A stretch of 64,000 nt of DNA from an uncultured Clostridia bacterium (GTDB lineage Bacteria; Bacillota; Clostridia; Christensenellales; UBA1242). The position numbers were made by a program, and so were the translations under genes. The stretch lies in contig CAMEKS010000002.1 of assembly GCA_945921465.1 (NCBI GenBank), positions 189 through 64,188 of the forward strand, read 5' to 3'. The notes beneath the pieces are model-generated. The model saw nothing but the letters and a program-made list of their open reading frames with translations, was not told where the DNA came from and did no database searches. This document shows positions 38,301 through 47,170 of this stretch, one piece after another (positions within the stretch are counted from its first letter, which is position 1; the number at the start of each line of letters is the position of its first letter).

Positions 38301-38802
38301 GCGTAAATTCCTTACTCTTGTACCCCATATGCCCACTGAAGTTATATGCATTAATCATTAAGTAATTATTAACGCCTTCGGTATTTTCGTCATCTATTGT
38401 AAGATTACTTGTTCTGCCAGGTGACTTAAATAATCCATAGTTTTTCCATAGATTATCCTGCAACTTGTTGTCAACAATATCAGTCTCTTCTGCATCTGAT
38501 TCGATAGTTTTTTCTATCTTATTGATATTGACAATTCCTTTTTTGTAGTTGCTAGCATTGTCACTCTCGTCGTCTGGAGTGATTGTTGTCCAACTGCTAG
38601 TAGTAGAAATGTAATTGCCACTAGTTGAATAGAAATTAGGATTAGACAATTTGTCTTCACTAATATCTTCTTTGTTAGTAGCAAATACATTCTGCACATT
38701 CTTAACAATACCAAATTTGCCAATTAGTGCGAATAGTATTATGCCTAATACTAGTGCAATTTTACACATAATTTGTTTTAATTTATCTAAACTTTTTGAC
38801 AT
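35377..38802 (-). CDS. large type-I membrane protein: signal peptide, four CBM-like beta-sandwich modules, TM helix, cytoplasmic K/E-rich coiled coil
   Basis: Signal or anchor at aa 14-40. Four roughly 170-230-aa modules each carry a N(T/N)W(Q/K)xYxxYI-type motif and end in an aromatic FFxxV/YFxxI motif. TM at about aa 929-952 (nt 35947-36018), then a heptad-rich tail of about 190 aa. Confidence 0.7.
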   Translation of the reverse strand: MSKSLDKLKQIMCKIALVLGIILFALIGKFGIVKNVQNVFATNKEDISEDKLSNPNFYSTSGNYISTTSSWTTITPDDESDNASNYKKGIVNINKIEKTIESDAEETDIVDNKLQDNLWKNYGLFKSPGRTSNLTIDDENTEGVNNYLMINAYNFSGHMGYKSKEFTLNKSSYYKISVSLKTINDTATGYVKSEDDDTLETETRKSDAFASIYIDGISDTEATTSFENINTKNTWQTYNFYINTSSFSDEKNLTIKLYLGSKDTKCQGAVFFNQVKIEEYSEAEYNNNVPAAESLKSNEHLISLNNSYIYDIVDNASFDNNLVDWQTVGSANTGDVFVNIVDTQTAGGYVKGNQKYPNIPENNNSSTSNNSALLLYSNADENNATYYGVKSNKFTIKQYGLYRLSFWAYSDCSNSTVGYATLLDSDKESTKLSMAISNTPTGSSNLTNNWKQYSIYISGNTLRDSNLQLIFSIGKDNDNKASGENYVFFDDVRMQEVTYSQFSSGKSADNTLNLTAVPSTSNLVSNGTFDSIENDSLSTNKPISPASWTITGKTNSVYAGVINTNERIFNNNYSNYTNSTILRNPGKIGDAVTNSNNVLMMGTTSKQQNIKYTTSNTISLSANSYYKFEFDCYTQNFSTDNNNGASVKLLDSNNGEIVAVKDIRTNNEWQHYTYYIATNLNSNKCNIELALSNVDAYAYFDNISITSISSELYNNLIANHTDLNIVDLNKNYFGNSANWTVDTNIEYAYNGFLKSNEFAMSTDGEDIGYVMADTNDVKYGISSTNSITLASESWYKISLYINTKDIAKLVNPDNITEYGAYFTITYGDHIDGHYNINTNADELVKYILYIKPTSETSVKINLGLGTDDNKVIGEAYFTKLEIVKLGSESEMTNDKEANLDAIVKSITTIADTTEDNTDTEETEPYSATPAWLLISSLVTSAAMILAILAYFIKKIKIHPRKKKVDTSYDRRQTLDKQFDAKEKIAYRKELIANLTTELNEIKAQTDAYKEAEKAKLDALQDIADKDTADLRTKLKDLYNQKVEISKVHNKDIAENKMSASKEKDAEYNLQIYEIEKQEKQISIKIKHIERNYNKEMAKYDDLIKRSDTRQEEIRKEIRLIKQEIKDINDSLNAMINKVDTK

Positions 38803-39066
38803 AGTAAGCCTACCTTATATAAATATATTAACTGGGATATTATATATTAATCTTGATTTTTAGACAAGCAAATAATATCACTTTCGGTCAATTTTTACAA
38901 AAAAGCCTATAATACTATAATTTCTCATCAAAATAATGTAATATCGATCACTTAATCTGATTTTTAGTTTTGGAAAATTTTCCCAATTTCTAATAGTGTG
39001 CCGAATTATATCAATATTATTCTTTAGTGGCACATATTTTCAAATAATTTTTCACAAAGTATATGT

Positions 39067-39489
39067 ATGAGAAATAATATAGTCGTGTATTACAAAACAT
39101 ATCATAATAAAAAATATGATATATATAATTTGAGAAAAAAATCTCCTTTTGTATTACTATTATTGGGGTCAATAATTGGCTTTGTTAATGGCTTTTGGGG
39201 AGGTGGAGGAGGTATGCTATGCGTGCCTACTCTTAGCTATATTGTTGGTCTAGAAGAAAAAAATGCTCATGCTACTGCCATTCTAGTTATGTTGCCTTTA
39301 TCTATAGCCAGTTTTATTATATACGCCATCAATGGGTATTTACAATTTGACCAAATAGCATTTACTGGGATAGGGTTTGTTGTAGGAGGTTTAGTTGGAT
39401 CATATATATTGAAATCTATTAACAACATTGTATTAAAAATGATATTTAGTTTTGTTATTATAGCAGGAGGAGTGTGGTTGATAATATAA
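39067..39489 (+). CDS. TauE/SafE (TSUP, DUF81) family membrane protein, half-size (N-half paralogue)
   Basis: GGGGGMLCVPTLSYIVG motif and four predicted TM helices. No clear RBS. Confidence 0.65.
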   Translation: MRNNIVVYYKTYHNKKYDIYNLRKKSPFVLLLLGSIIGFVNGFWGGGGGMLCVPTLSYIVGLEEKNAHATAILVMLPLSIASFIIYAINGYLQFDQIAFTGIGFVVGGLVGSYILKSINNIVLKMIFSFVIIAGGVWLII

Positions 39490-39920
39490 TGTGGTATTGG
39501 TTAATAATAGCAGGATTGTTTAGTGGTGTAATAGCGGGGATGGGAATGGGTGGTGGTACGCTTCTAATCCCAGTCCTTACTCTTTTTTTGGGGATTGAAC
39601 AAAAGATTGCACAAAGTATTAATTTGGTAGTATTTATTCCTACGGCTATTGTAGCACTAATTATTCATTTCAAAAATAAACTGGTTAATGTTAAAGTTGG
39701 TTTAATTATAATCATTAGTGGAGTGGTATTATCTATATTAGGTGCTTTGCTTGCCGTTAATTTAAGAAATGATGTGTTAAAAATTTGTTTTGGGATTTTT
39801 TTGCTAGCAATAGGTTTGTTTCAATTCTTTGAATCGCTGTATAGTGTTGGTAGCAAGACTAAATTACCAAAGAATGTGTTGGTAATAACCAAATTTAATA
39901 AATATAAAATAAATAAATAA
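39489..39920 (+). CDS. TauE/SafE (TSUP, DUF81) family membrane protein, half-size (second half)
   Basis: GMGMGGGTLLIPVLTLFLG motif and four TM helices. A TAATG overlap couples it to the upstream half. Confidence 0.65.
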   Translation: MWYWLIIAGLFSGVIAGMGMGGGTLLIPVLTLFLGIEQKIAQSINLVVFIPTAIVALIIHFKNKLVNVKVGLIIIISGVVLSILGALLAVNLRNDVLKICFGIFLLAIGLFQFFESLYSVGSKTKLPKNVLVITKFNKYKINK

Positions 39921-40129
39921 TATGTCAAACAATTGCCTTGAATGTAAAATTTGTGCTATTCTAATATTGTAATTAATGTATCATCTCTACAAGCGATTTA
40001 TATTTTGCAATTGGCAAAGTAATGCCCCATTAATATAATAAACTTGCAGCGTAATGATATTTTATTTGCAGATAGTAATTATGGCCATTATAATAGTTAG
40101 TACATAATTACATAATTATGGAGGGAACA

Positions 40130-40297
40130 ATGAGAGTTAATCAAGACAAATGTATTGGCTGCGGTACATGTGCTGGTGTGTGCCCAGTAGGTGCAATTTC
40201 TTTGGATACTGGCAAGGCATTCATTAACAAAGATATTTGTATTAGTTGTGGCGCTTGTGCTAGTGTATGTCCAGTAGAGGCAATTGATGCAGAATAA
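40130..40297 (+). CDS. fdx: 2[4Fe-4S] clostridial-type ferredoxin (55 aa, absent from the ORF track)
   Basis: My translation is MRVNQDKCIGCGTCAGVCPVGAISLDTGKAFINKDICISCGACASVCPVEAIDAE. It has two CxxCxxCxxxCP motifs. GGAGGG RBS at 40120-40125 and a terminator directly after. Confidence 0.9.
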   Translation: MRVNQDKCIGCGTCAGVCPVGAISLDTGKAFINKDICISCGACASVCPVEAIDAE

Positions 40298-40300
40298 TAT

Positions 40301-40327
40301 ATAGCCCTAATTATGGGGCTATTTTTA
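40301..40327 (+). terminator. rho-independent terminator after ferredoxin
   Basis: ATAGCCC-loop-GGGCTAT followed by a T-run. Confidence 0.7.
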
Positions 40328-40622
40328 TTGTACACTAACATAATAATTAACATTTTAATTTGATAATGATTAGATATTCATATTGCTTGCAATAATAATA
40401 TTTGTCAAGACAATCTATTACTATTTAATCTTCAATGCCTTATAATAGAGTGAACGCAATAAATTCTGTTTGATTAACTATTATAAAAATTTGAAAAAAT
40501 CGAAAAAAGTATGAATTCTAGTATACAAAAAGATTTTTGTATGATATAATTTGCTTAGTTAAATGGAGAAGTATGCAATTAAGTGCAAAAATACTTTTTA
40601 TTAGATTTTAGGAGATAAACTT

Positions 40623-42140
40623 TTGGAAAAAATTGCAGTAATAGAATTAAACTATAATTATTTGAAAATGCAGCAAGTAGATGTGTATCCTAATAAGTCA
40701 TTCACCATTAGAGATAGTTTGCTACTACCAATTGACTTGATGAAAGATTTTGACAAGGATCAGGTTATTAAGTCTTCAGTAATTTCAGAGATTACCGAAC
40801 TATTGTCTATATTTAAGGAAATCTTGAATAAGAATGAGATAAAAGATACTTTCTGCTATGTAACGGATGCTATTAAGCAAGCCAAGAATTGTAACGGATT
40901 TATTAATGAGGTTGCTAACATATCTACTTTTAAGTTTGAGATTTTGACACCAGAGATAACTATTAATAATATTTATACGGCAGTAATTAATACTATGAAT
41001 AAGCCCAAAGGCGTAATTATAGATATTTCTGACAATTGTACTAATTTATTGTATTACAACCGTAGAACGATATTGTCCACTATGGTTGTTCCTTATGGCA
41101 AAATTAATTTAGAGAAGGAATTTGCTGATTTTGAAGGAACTTCAGAAGCCAGATGTGAGGCAATGAAGCAGTTTTTCTCTAAGCAATTGGATATGGTAGA
41201 GAATTGGATTTTTGACCAATTGCCAGAGGAATGGGAAATTATTGGCTCAGGTAGTGTATTCCGCAACATCGGCGTAATTGCTAGAAAAGCAAAGAAATAT
41301 CCTCTAGATTTAGAGCACAATTTTGTAATGTCGAAGGAAGACTTAGATAAGGTATATAATGCAATTAAGGGCGTAGATGTTGGTTCGACAAAATTAAAAG
41401 GATTGTCTGTTATTGACACAAAATATATTCAGGCTGGTACTGTTATTGCTGAGGCTATATTTGATAGAATTAACAAGACAGATATGTATATTTGTAAATA
41501 TGGATTTGAATATGGTGTATTATTTAACTATGTATTGCCATTAACTATAGAAAAACCTATAACTGATAATATCGGATATTCTTTGCAGGCCATAACTGAG
41601 GCATATGACAACAAAGAAGATGTATTCTCTCAAGTATATAACTTAAGTATAATTCTGTTCAAACAATTAAAAGTTATTCACAAACTTCCTAGGTCATATA
41701 TTAAGGTTCTAAGAGTAGCAAGTTATTTGTCAGAATGTGGAAGACGAATTAATGGTATTGAGAATATCAAGTCATCATTTAATGTTGTACTTAATAGTGA
41801 TTTGTTTGGTCTGACCCATAGTGAAATATTGCTTGCAGCATTTGTATTAAAACTGCGTGATCCTGATAATTTCAATTTGGCAGAATGGGTTAAGTACAAA
41901 GATTTGATTAATGACGAAGATTTGGCTGCAGTTAAGAAATTAGCAATCATTGTAAGGTTAGCAGAATGTCTTGATGTTACAGGCAAGGCTTCAATTACCG
42001 ATATCAATTGTGATATTTTGGGTGATAGCGTAATTGTCAAAACTATATGTACAGATGACGCTAGACTAGAGATAAAATACGCTATGCTTCTAGCAAGTGA
42101 ATTTAAGAAAATATTTGGTAAAAATCTTGAAATTCTTTAA
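40623..42140 (+). CDS. Ppx/GppA-like (ASKHA fold plus HD-like C-domain) protein with degenerate phosphate-binding loops
   Basis: Length and collinear architecture match exopolyphosphatase. IAVIELNYNYLKM sits where DIGSNSxRL is expected, and IIDISDNCTNLL where DIGGGSTEL is expected. Confidence 0.45.
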   Translation: MEKIAVIELNYNYLKMQQVDVYPNKSFTIRDSLLLPIDLMKDFDKDQVIKSSVISEITELLSIFKEILNKNEIKDTFCYVTDAIKQAKNCNGFINEVANISTFKFEILTPEITINNIYTAVINTMNKPKGVIIDISDNCTNLLYYNRRTILSTMVVPYGKINLEKEFADFEGTSEARCEAMKQFFSKQLDMVENWIFDQLPEEWEIIGSGSVFRNIGVIARKAKKYPLDLEHNFVMSKEDLDKVYNAIKGVDVGSTKLKGLSVIDTKYIQAGTVIAEAIFDRINKTDMYICKYGFEYGVLFNYVLPLTIEKPITDNIGYSLQAITEAYDNKEDVFSQVYNLSIILFKQLKVIHKLPRSYIKVLRVASYLSECGRRINGIENIKSSFNVVLNSDLFGLTHSEILLAAFVLKLRDPDNFNLAEWVKYKDLINDEDLAAVKKLAIIVRLAECLDVTGKASITDINCDILGDSVIVKTICTDDARLEIKYAMLLASEFKKIFGKNLEIL

Positions 42141-42309
42141 TAATTATCAATAATCTAACTTTAGTAGCATTTTAGTAGGGAGATATATGTGTCTATAGAA
42201 TTGCTTAATCATTGATATTAATTTTTAATTTGACATTATTTTTATGGATTTTTGATTTCCTAAATAATTCGCGACTATAGATTGATTTGTTAAAATTATA
42301 ATAATAATT

Positions 42310-42355
42310 AAGACTTCCATACTCAACATAAGTTGTAGTGGGGGTCTTATTTTTC
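42310..42355 (+). terminator. rho-independent terminator
   Basis: AAGACTTCC ... GGGGGTCTT (9 bp, including two G-U pairs) followed by ATTTTT. Confidence 0.5.
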
Positions 42356-42547
42356 AATAATAAATATTTAACAAATAGTATGCACCGAATTATAAAAGTA
42401 GCAAAAAGTATAAATTGTCATACATAAATTATTTAATACAATTTTTATTTCGACAAAACTAGACCTAATGCAATGACTGGCTTGTTCTAGTTATATATAT
42501 TATTCTCATACAATTAATTAGATAATTAATTATATTGGAGGAATTAT

Positions 42548-42940
42548 ATGGAACGAACCAAATCTGCAAGACAGTCAAATGCAATATTAGAAATTGTAAA
42601 GGGTGTAGTGTTTGCTATACTAATATCTATGATTTTGATTATTGTATTGGCAGTAATTATTAGATTTACTAATATACCGGACAAGGCTATTATGCCAATT
42701 AATCAAATAGTTAAAGTGATTAGTATATTTTTGGGAACGCTAATTGCGCTAAAGGGTAGTAGTAAAGGCTTAATAAAAGGGTTAATTATAGGGGCATTAT
42801 TTTCAATTTTGTCTTATTTTATATTTTCTATTCTTAGCAAAACGCTTACAGTGGGTGTTACTACAATTACAGACCTATTATTTAGTAGTATTATAGGTAT
42901 GCTGTCTGGCCTCATAGTTGTTAACGTTACTAAGAAATAA
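42548..42940 (+). CDS. small integral membrane protein (TIGR04086/YrzE-like)
   Basis: GGAGG RBS. Four hydrophobic helices with Gly-rich GLIKGLIIGALF segments typical of this Firmicute family. Confidence 0.45.
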   Translation: MERTKSARQSNAILEIVKGVVFAILISMILIIVLAVIIRFTNIPDKAIMPINQIVKVISIFLGTLIALKGSSKGLIKGLIIGALFSILSYFIFSILSKTLTVGVTTITDLLFSSIIGMLSGLIVVNVTKK

Positions 42941-43182
42941 TAATTATTATTGGAATTAGAGACAGGTAACTTCGAAATTGAGGTAATCGTAATTTTGAGC
43001 CCAAACAATACATTTAGCATACTTTTGGTGGCGAGCAGGTTACATAATCTACTTATTATTAGTATATTGTCGATAATATATCTAAAAATTATTTTGCTGT
43101 CGGCTTATTAGCATATAAGTTAAATTATTCATTTTGCGAATCATAGAAATTATATAAGACATCTAATATTATTAAAAACAAT

Positions 43183-43218
43183 AAAAAGGCGTAGTGATTT
43201 ATTATACTATGCCTTTTT
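43183..43218. terminator. bidirectional terminator
   Basis: AAAAAGGCGTAGT-10 nt-ACTATGCCTTTTT. Confidence 0.7.
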
Positions 43219-43332
43219 GCTTTATTTTGTAAAATTTATTATTATAGTTGTTTATATTTTTAGAATATCAGTATTTGGTGGAATATACTATATTAATGCA
43301 AAATACACTATTTTTTATATACAAATAATTTG

Positions 43333-43728
43333 TTATAGAATATTTTGTAGTGTAAAGCCCATATTGCAAGAATTTTTTTCTGTGATTCCACGCAAGACTT
43401 CAACTTCTGCAATTGCATTATCATAATCATTATTCTTAGTATATGCCAATAGTCTATTAAGACTATCAGTAACGGCGCTTAAATCCTTGTGGTTAAACAT
43501 TAAGCACAACCACCATTCTTTACTAGCCCAATATTCATCTATTTCGTCTAATTTAGGGTATAATACCGTTATATCATTTTTATTTAATTCATATTCTTGA
43601 TAAATTTTGTTCACTTCATCATCTACATAATTAATAATATTGCTTACAGTAATTGCTTCGAATGTCGCTAGCATAATCAGTAATGCAGCGATTATTGCTA
43701 CTGTTAGTTGTTTTTTCATTATTACCAA
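43333..43728 (-). CDS. DUF4363 family protein
   Basis: N-terminal TM followed by a helical domain with the W-rich motif (EYWASKEWWLCLMFNHKDL). Overlaps and follows a DUF421 gene, the usual pairing. Confidence 0.55.
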   Translation of the reverse strand: MVIMKKQLTVAIIAALLIMLATFEAITVSNIINYVDDEVNKIYQEYELNKNDITVLYPKLDEIDEYWASKEWWLCLMFNHKDLSAVTDSLNRLLAYTKNNDYDNAIAEVEVLRGITEKNSCNMGFTLQNIL

Positions 43729-44438
43729 TCTCCCTTTTTACCGCTATCAAAACTAACAAAACTACTATTATATTTCTGAGCATAAATTTTACCATCGGAA
43801 TTAATGGTCATAAGCAATATATCCTTAATACTTTTGAAGCCGTATGGTTTTAATTGCGTGATAATAAATATCTCGTCGATATTGGCACGCTTAATATTTT
43901 CTAAGTTAATTTTGCCTTCCGAAGCTACAATAATAGGAAGACTACTATTGTCTACAGTTATTTTCATCGCATTTGCGGTTAGTGGTGCGTATTGTGCACG
44001 AGGCAATACTGACATCATCCCATTGGTCTGTATAATTACATATAACAATTCTTCTAGGTTGAAGTAGCCTTGATTACGAAGACCCTCTTGCAAGTCATTA
44101 AAAGTCATATTGCATAATTTTAGATTTGTATAATTTATGCCATCTGGGTCAACTAGTATAACTGGCTTACCATTTAATACTTTTCTAGCCCAATCAGACT
44201 TTTGCTCCAAGAATGTAAATATAAAATGAATACAAACCAGTGTAAACAGTGGGATAATTCCGTGTGCTAGCGGTAGTGCAGTCTCAGCCATAGGCACAGT
44301 TGCTAAATCTGCAATAATTAATGTAATTACAAATTCATAAGGTTGCATTTGTCCAATTTGTCGTTTTCCCATGATACGCAAAAGGAATAGCACCAAAATA
44401 TAAATAATAATACTTCTTAAAATCAATGTATATGTCAT
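43722..44438 (-). CDS. DUF421 (YetF-like) membrane protein
   Basis: RIMGKRQIGQMQPYEFVITLIIADLA signature and a C-terminal soluble domain. Confidence 0.75.
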   Translation of the reverse strand: MTYTLILRSIIIYILVLFLLRIMGKRQIGQMQPYEFVITLIIADLATVPMAETALPLAHGIIPLFTLVCIHFIFTFLEQKSDWARKVLNGKPVILVDPDGINYTNLKLCNMTFNDLQEGLRNQGYFNLEELLYVIIQTNGMMSVLPRAQYAPLTANAMKITVDNSSLPIIVASEGKINLENIKRANIDEIFIITQLKPYGFKSIKDILLMTINSDGKIYAQKYNSSFVSFDSGKKGDW

Positions 44439-44667
44439 ATGTAGATTATTGTCTATTAGGATTAATTATATACATTTACGTTTATATTGTTTTCATATTA
44501 CTATTGATTATTTTTATGTTGTTGTGTTTGAAGATATTGCACTTGTAATTTAATTTATTTGATGTTTGTTTGATTTATTATAATAAATAATTTTTAACAA
44601 AATTATCAAATCTATAGTAATTAATATTGGAGTAAATAATTATTGTATAGACTAATTGAAACTAAAA

Positions 44668-46158
44668 TTAAGCTTGTTTTTTCTTTTTTGAAAATTTAGA
44701 AAATTTAGTTGTGATATACTCATATTCTATTAAGCCGAAAGCGATTGCAAGTGATATATATGATATCACTCCTATAGCACCAGACACTATTATATTTATA
44801 AATAGTGGAGCTATGCTACCTATAAGATTGGATAAATATTTTACAAGATAATATACAGATACTGTTAGGAAAATTGAAGAGATAAGTAGTGTGATTATAT
44901 GATAGTTGCCCTTTGTAATAGATTTAATCTTAATCATATTTAGTATAGAAACTATTGAACTGCTGACACCAAGTGCCCATATCACAGACTCTACACCCAT
45001 ATATTTTGGCAAAATATATATACTTGCTAACAAAAAGACACTACTTGCAATATAGTAACGAAACGATGATTTCTCGTATCCCATTGAATTAATAATTGTA
45101 GTTGTTAATTGACTTATACCCATAGGCAACATTACCCAACTTGCGGTTTTGAGCAATATACCTGCATCTGCATTATTAAATAAAAATTTGCAAATTGGTT
45201 CACCAAGGGCCATAAATATAGGAATACACATACATGTTAGAACAATAGTAAATTTGTATGAAGAAGATACTTGTTTGAATATCTTTTCATTTTCTTTGCA
45301 CTCATATAATGTTGTTATTTGTGGGATCAGTGCTGTAGATAGTGATCCTATTATAGTGCCTGGGATACTTAGTAGTGGTAGGACCATACCCGTAGCTATT
45401 CCTAGTAATGACAATGCCATACTAGAAGACATTCCATATTTTGTTAGTCTAAGTGGCAATACTATTGCTATTACTGGCATAAGTAGTGTAGACAAGACTT
45501 TTACTAGCGTAATTGGTGTACTCTTTTTTATTAGTGGTTTTAATATAATTTTTTGGGTACTTAATTTTCCACCTTTGCGAAAGTATATAATAATTCCTAT
45601 TATAGTACTAATAATAGATGCAACGCATATAGCAATAGTTGGAGCATAAATTATTGATATACTTTTGCAAAGAATATAAACACCGATGCACACTAATACT
45701 CTTAGAATTTGTTCTATTAGTTCTACTAAGTTAAGTTCTAGATAATATTCTCTACCAAATAAATATGATTTGAATGGAGTATAGATAGCACAAAATATAA
45801 TAGCCGGGATTAGAGAAATTAATAATAAGTAACTATCTAGACTGGTCATTATTCTAGCGAATAATCCTCGACTTAAGAAAATAAATGCAGACAAACCCAA
45901 TCCTACAATAATACATAAAATAAGACTAGAAAACATAAGGCTGTCATTACATTTATTGTCTTTGTTGCAATAGTTAATTGATACAAATCTCGCTATTGTT
46001 ATGGATATTCCGCTGCAGAGTATAGTGACAAATACACCGAACAAACTAAGTGTAATATTATATATTCCTAACATTTCGGTTGTAAGAATTCTCGACAAAA
46101 ATATTTTATATAAGAATCCTACGCTTCTTGTTATAACGCTAAATATAGTAATAACCAT
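44668..46158 (-). CDS. MOP-superfamily polysaccharide/lipid II flippase (SpoVB/MurJ-like)
   Basis: About 14 TM helices. N-terminal pattern RSVGFLYKIFLSRILTTEMLGIYN as in SpoVB. The annotated ATG may truncate the N-terminus. Confidence 0.7.
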   Translation of the reverse strand: MVITIFSVITRSVGFLYKIFLSRILTTEMLGIYNITLSLFGVFVTILCSGISITIARFVSINYCNKDNKCNDSLMFSSLILCIIVGLGLSAFIFLSRGLFARIMTSLDSYLLLISLIPAIIFCAIYTPFKSYLFGREYYLELNLVELIEQILRVLVCIGVYILCKSISIIYAPTIAICVASIISTIIGIIIYFRKGGKLSTQKIILKPLIKKSTPITLVKVLSTLLMPVIAIVLPLRLTKYGMSSSMALSLLGIATGMVLPLLSIPGTIIGSLSTALIPQITTLYECKENEKIFKQVSSSYKFTIVLTCMCIPIFMALGEPICKFLFNNADAGILLKTASWVMLPMGISQLTTTIINSMGYEKSSFRYYIASSVFLLASIYILPKYMGVESVIWALGVSSSIVSILNMIKIKSITKGNYHIITLLISSIFLTVSVYYLVKYLSNLIGSIAPLFINIIVSGAIGVISYISLAIAFGLIEYEYITTKFSKFSKKKKQA

Positions 46159-46636
46159 TACTGATTTGACTAAAGATTTGATGATATCACCTCTATTATA
46201 TTGATTAAAAATGTTTATTTACTTAAATAATATATTAAATAATATCTTGCATTAGAACTCATTATATTTGACTTACTAGCATACAATATAACAGTTGCTA
46301 TTTTGTTTTGCTAAAAAAATTATCGGATAAGACTGGGGAAACAATTACAATAATTGAATTTACTATTCTCAAATTTATACAAAGAATATAAACAAATTAT
46401 TAGGTCAAATTAAAACGCAATAATACAATTTATAGTTTAATTATGAATATATTATGCTATTTAATATTATAGTCTGTGAGATAAGAACTCAATAATAATG
46501 ATTAGTGTATTTGTGGTATAGAGGCATCAAATATAGATGTCACTAATTAATAGTGTTTTGCAATTAGCAGACTGAGGTGCAAGCAATTTTGTGGCAATTC
46601 GAATATATTATAATTTGTAATTATGGGGGAGGGCAG

Positions 46637-47041
46637 ATGTATAGAATAAATCTTGACTACAAGACAAATCCAAAAATAATGAAAAACGGAAAGAAAGTGG
46701 AGTGTATATACAATCAATTAGATGGAGAGATTGTGTATGAGAGTGAAAATAACGGCGTATATCATATCCTAAATGCTCGTAAAGATCATATTAAGGTCCT
46801 TAATAGTAAAGATAAGTTGGATGAATTATTGGCTAAAGGCTATAATGTCTGCGAGAAAGATATGAGCGTCAATAATGTTGTTATTGCACCAGCACCATTA
46901 GGGAGATTATATACAGTCAAACCTGCTGACACATTAGATAGTATTGCAAACGATTTTGAAATATCCAAAAATATGATAATAAAACTAAACAATTTGAAAA
47001 CTGATAAATTATTTATTGGCCAAAAATTGCATATTGAATAA
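46637..47041 (+). CDS. LysM domain protein
   Basis: GGGGGAGGG RBS before the ATG at 46637. C-terminal LysM domain (YTVKPADTLDSIANDFEISKNMIIKLNNL...IGQKLHI). Confidence 0.65.
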   Translation: MYRINLDYKTNPKIMKNGKKVECIYNQLDGEIVYESENNGVYHILNARKDHIKVLNSKDKLDELLAKGYNVCEKDMSVNNVVIAPAPLGRLYTVKPADTLDSIANDFEISKNMIIKLNNLKTDKLFIGQKLHIE

Positions 47042-47170
47042 AATATATTTGACAATATTTAAGAATAGGAATAAAATTAAAATGTTGATTTAGTATCAAT
47101 TTGTTGATATTATCATTCAGTAAATAGGGCATATTGCCATAAAATAGTATCATAGTAAGGAAATAACTAT

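Noticed and set aside
40141-40353. 70-aa minus-strand ORF from the track
   Set aside because: It is antisense to a canonical ferredoxin gene that has an RBS and terminator. Its Cys/His-poor, Ala/Pro/Thr-rich translation is the mirror image of the Cys codons.
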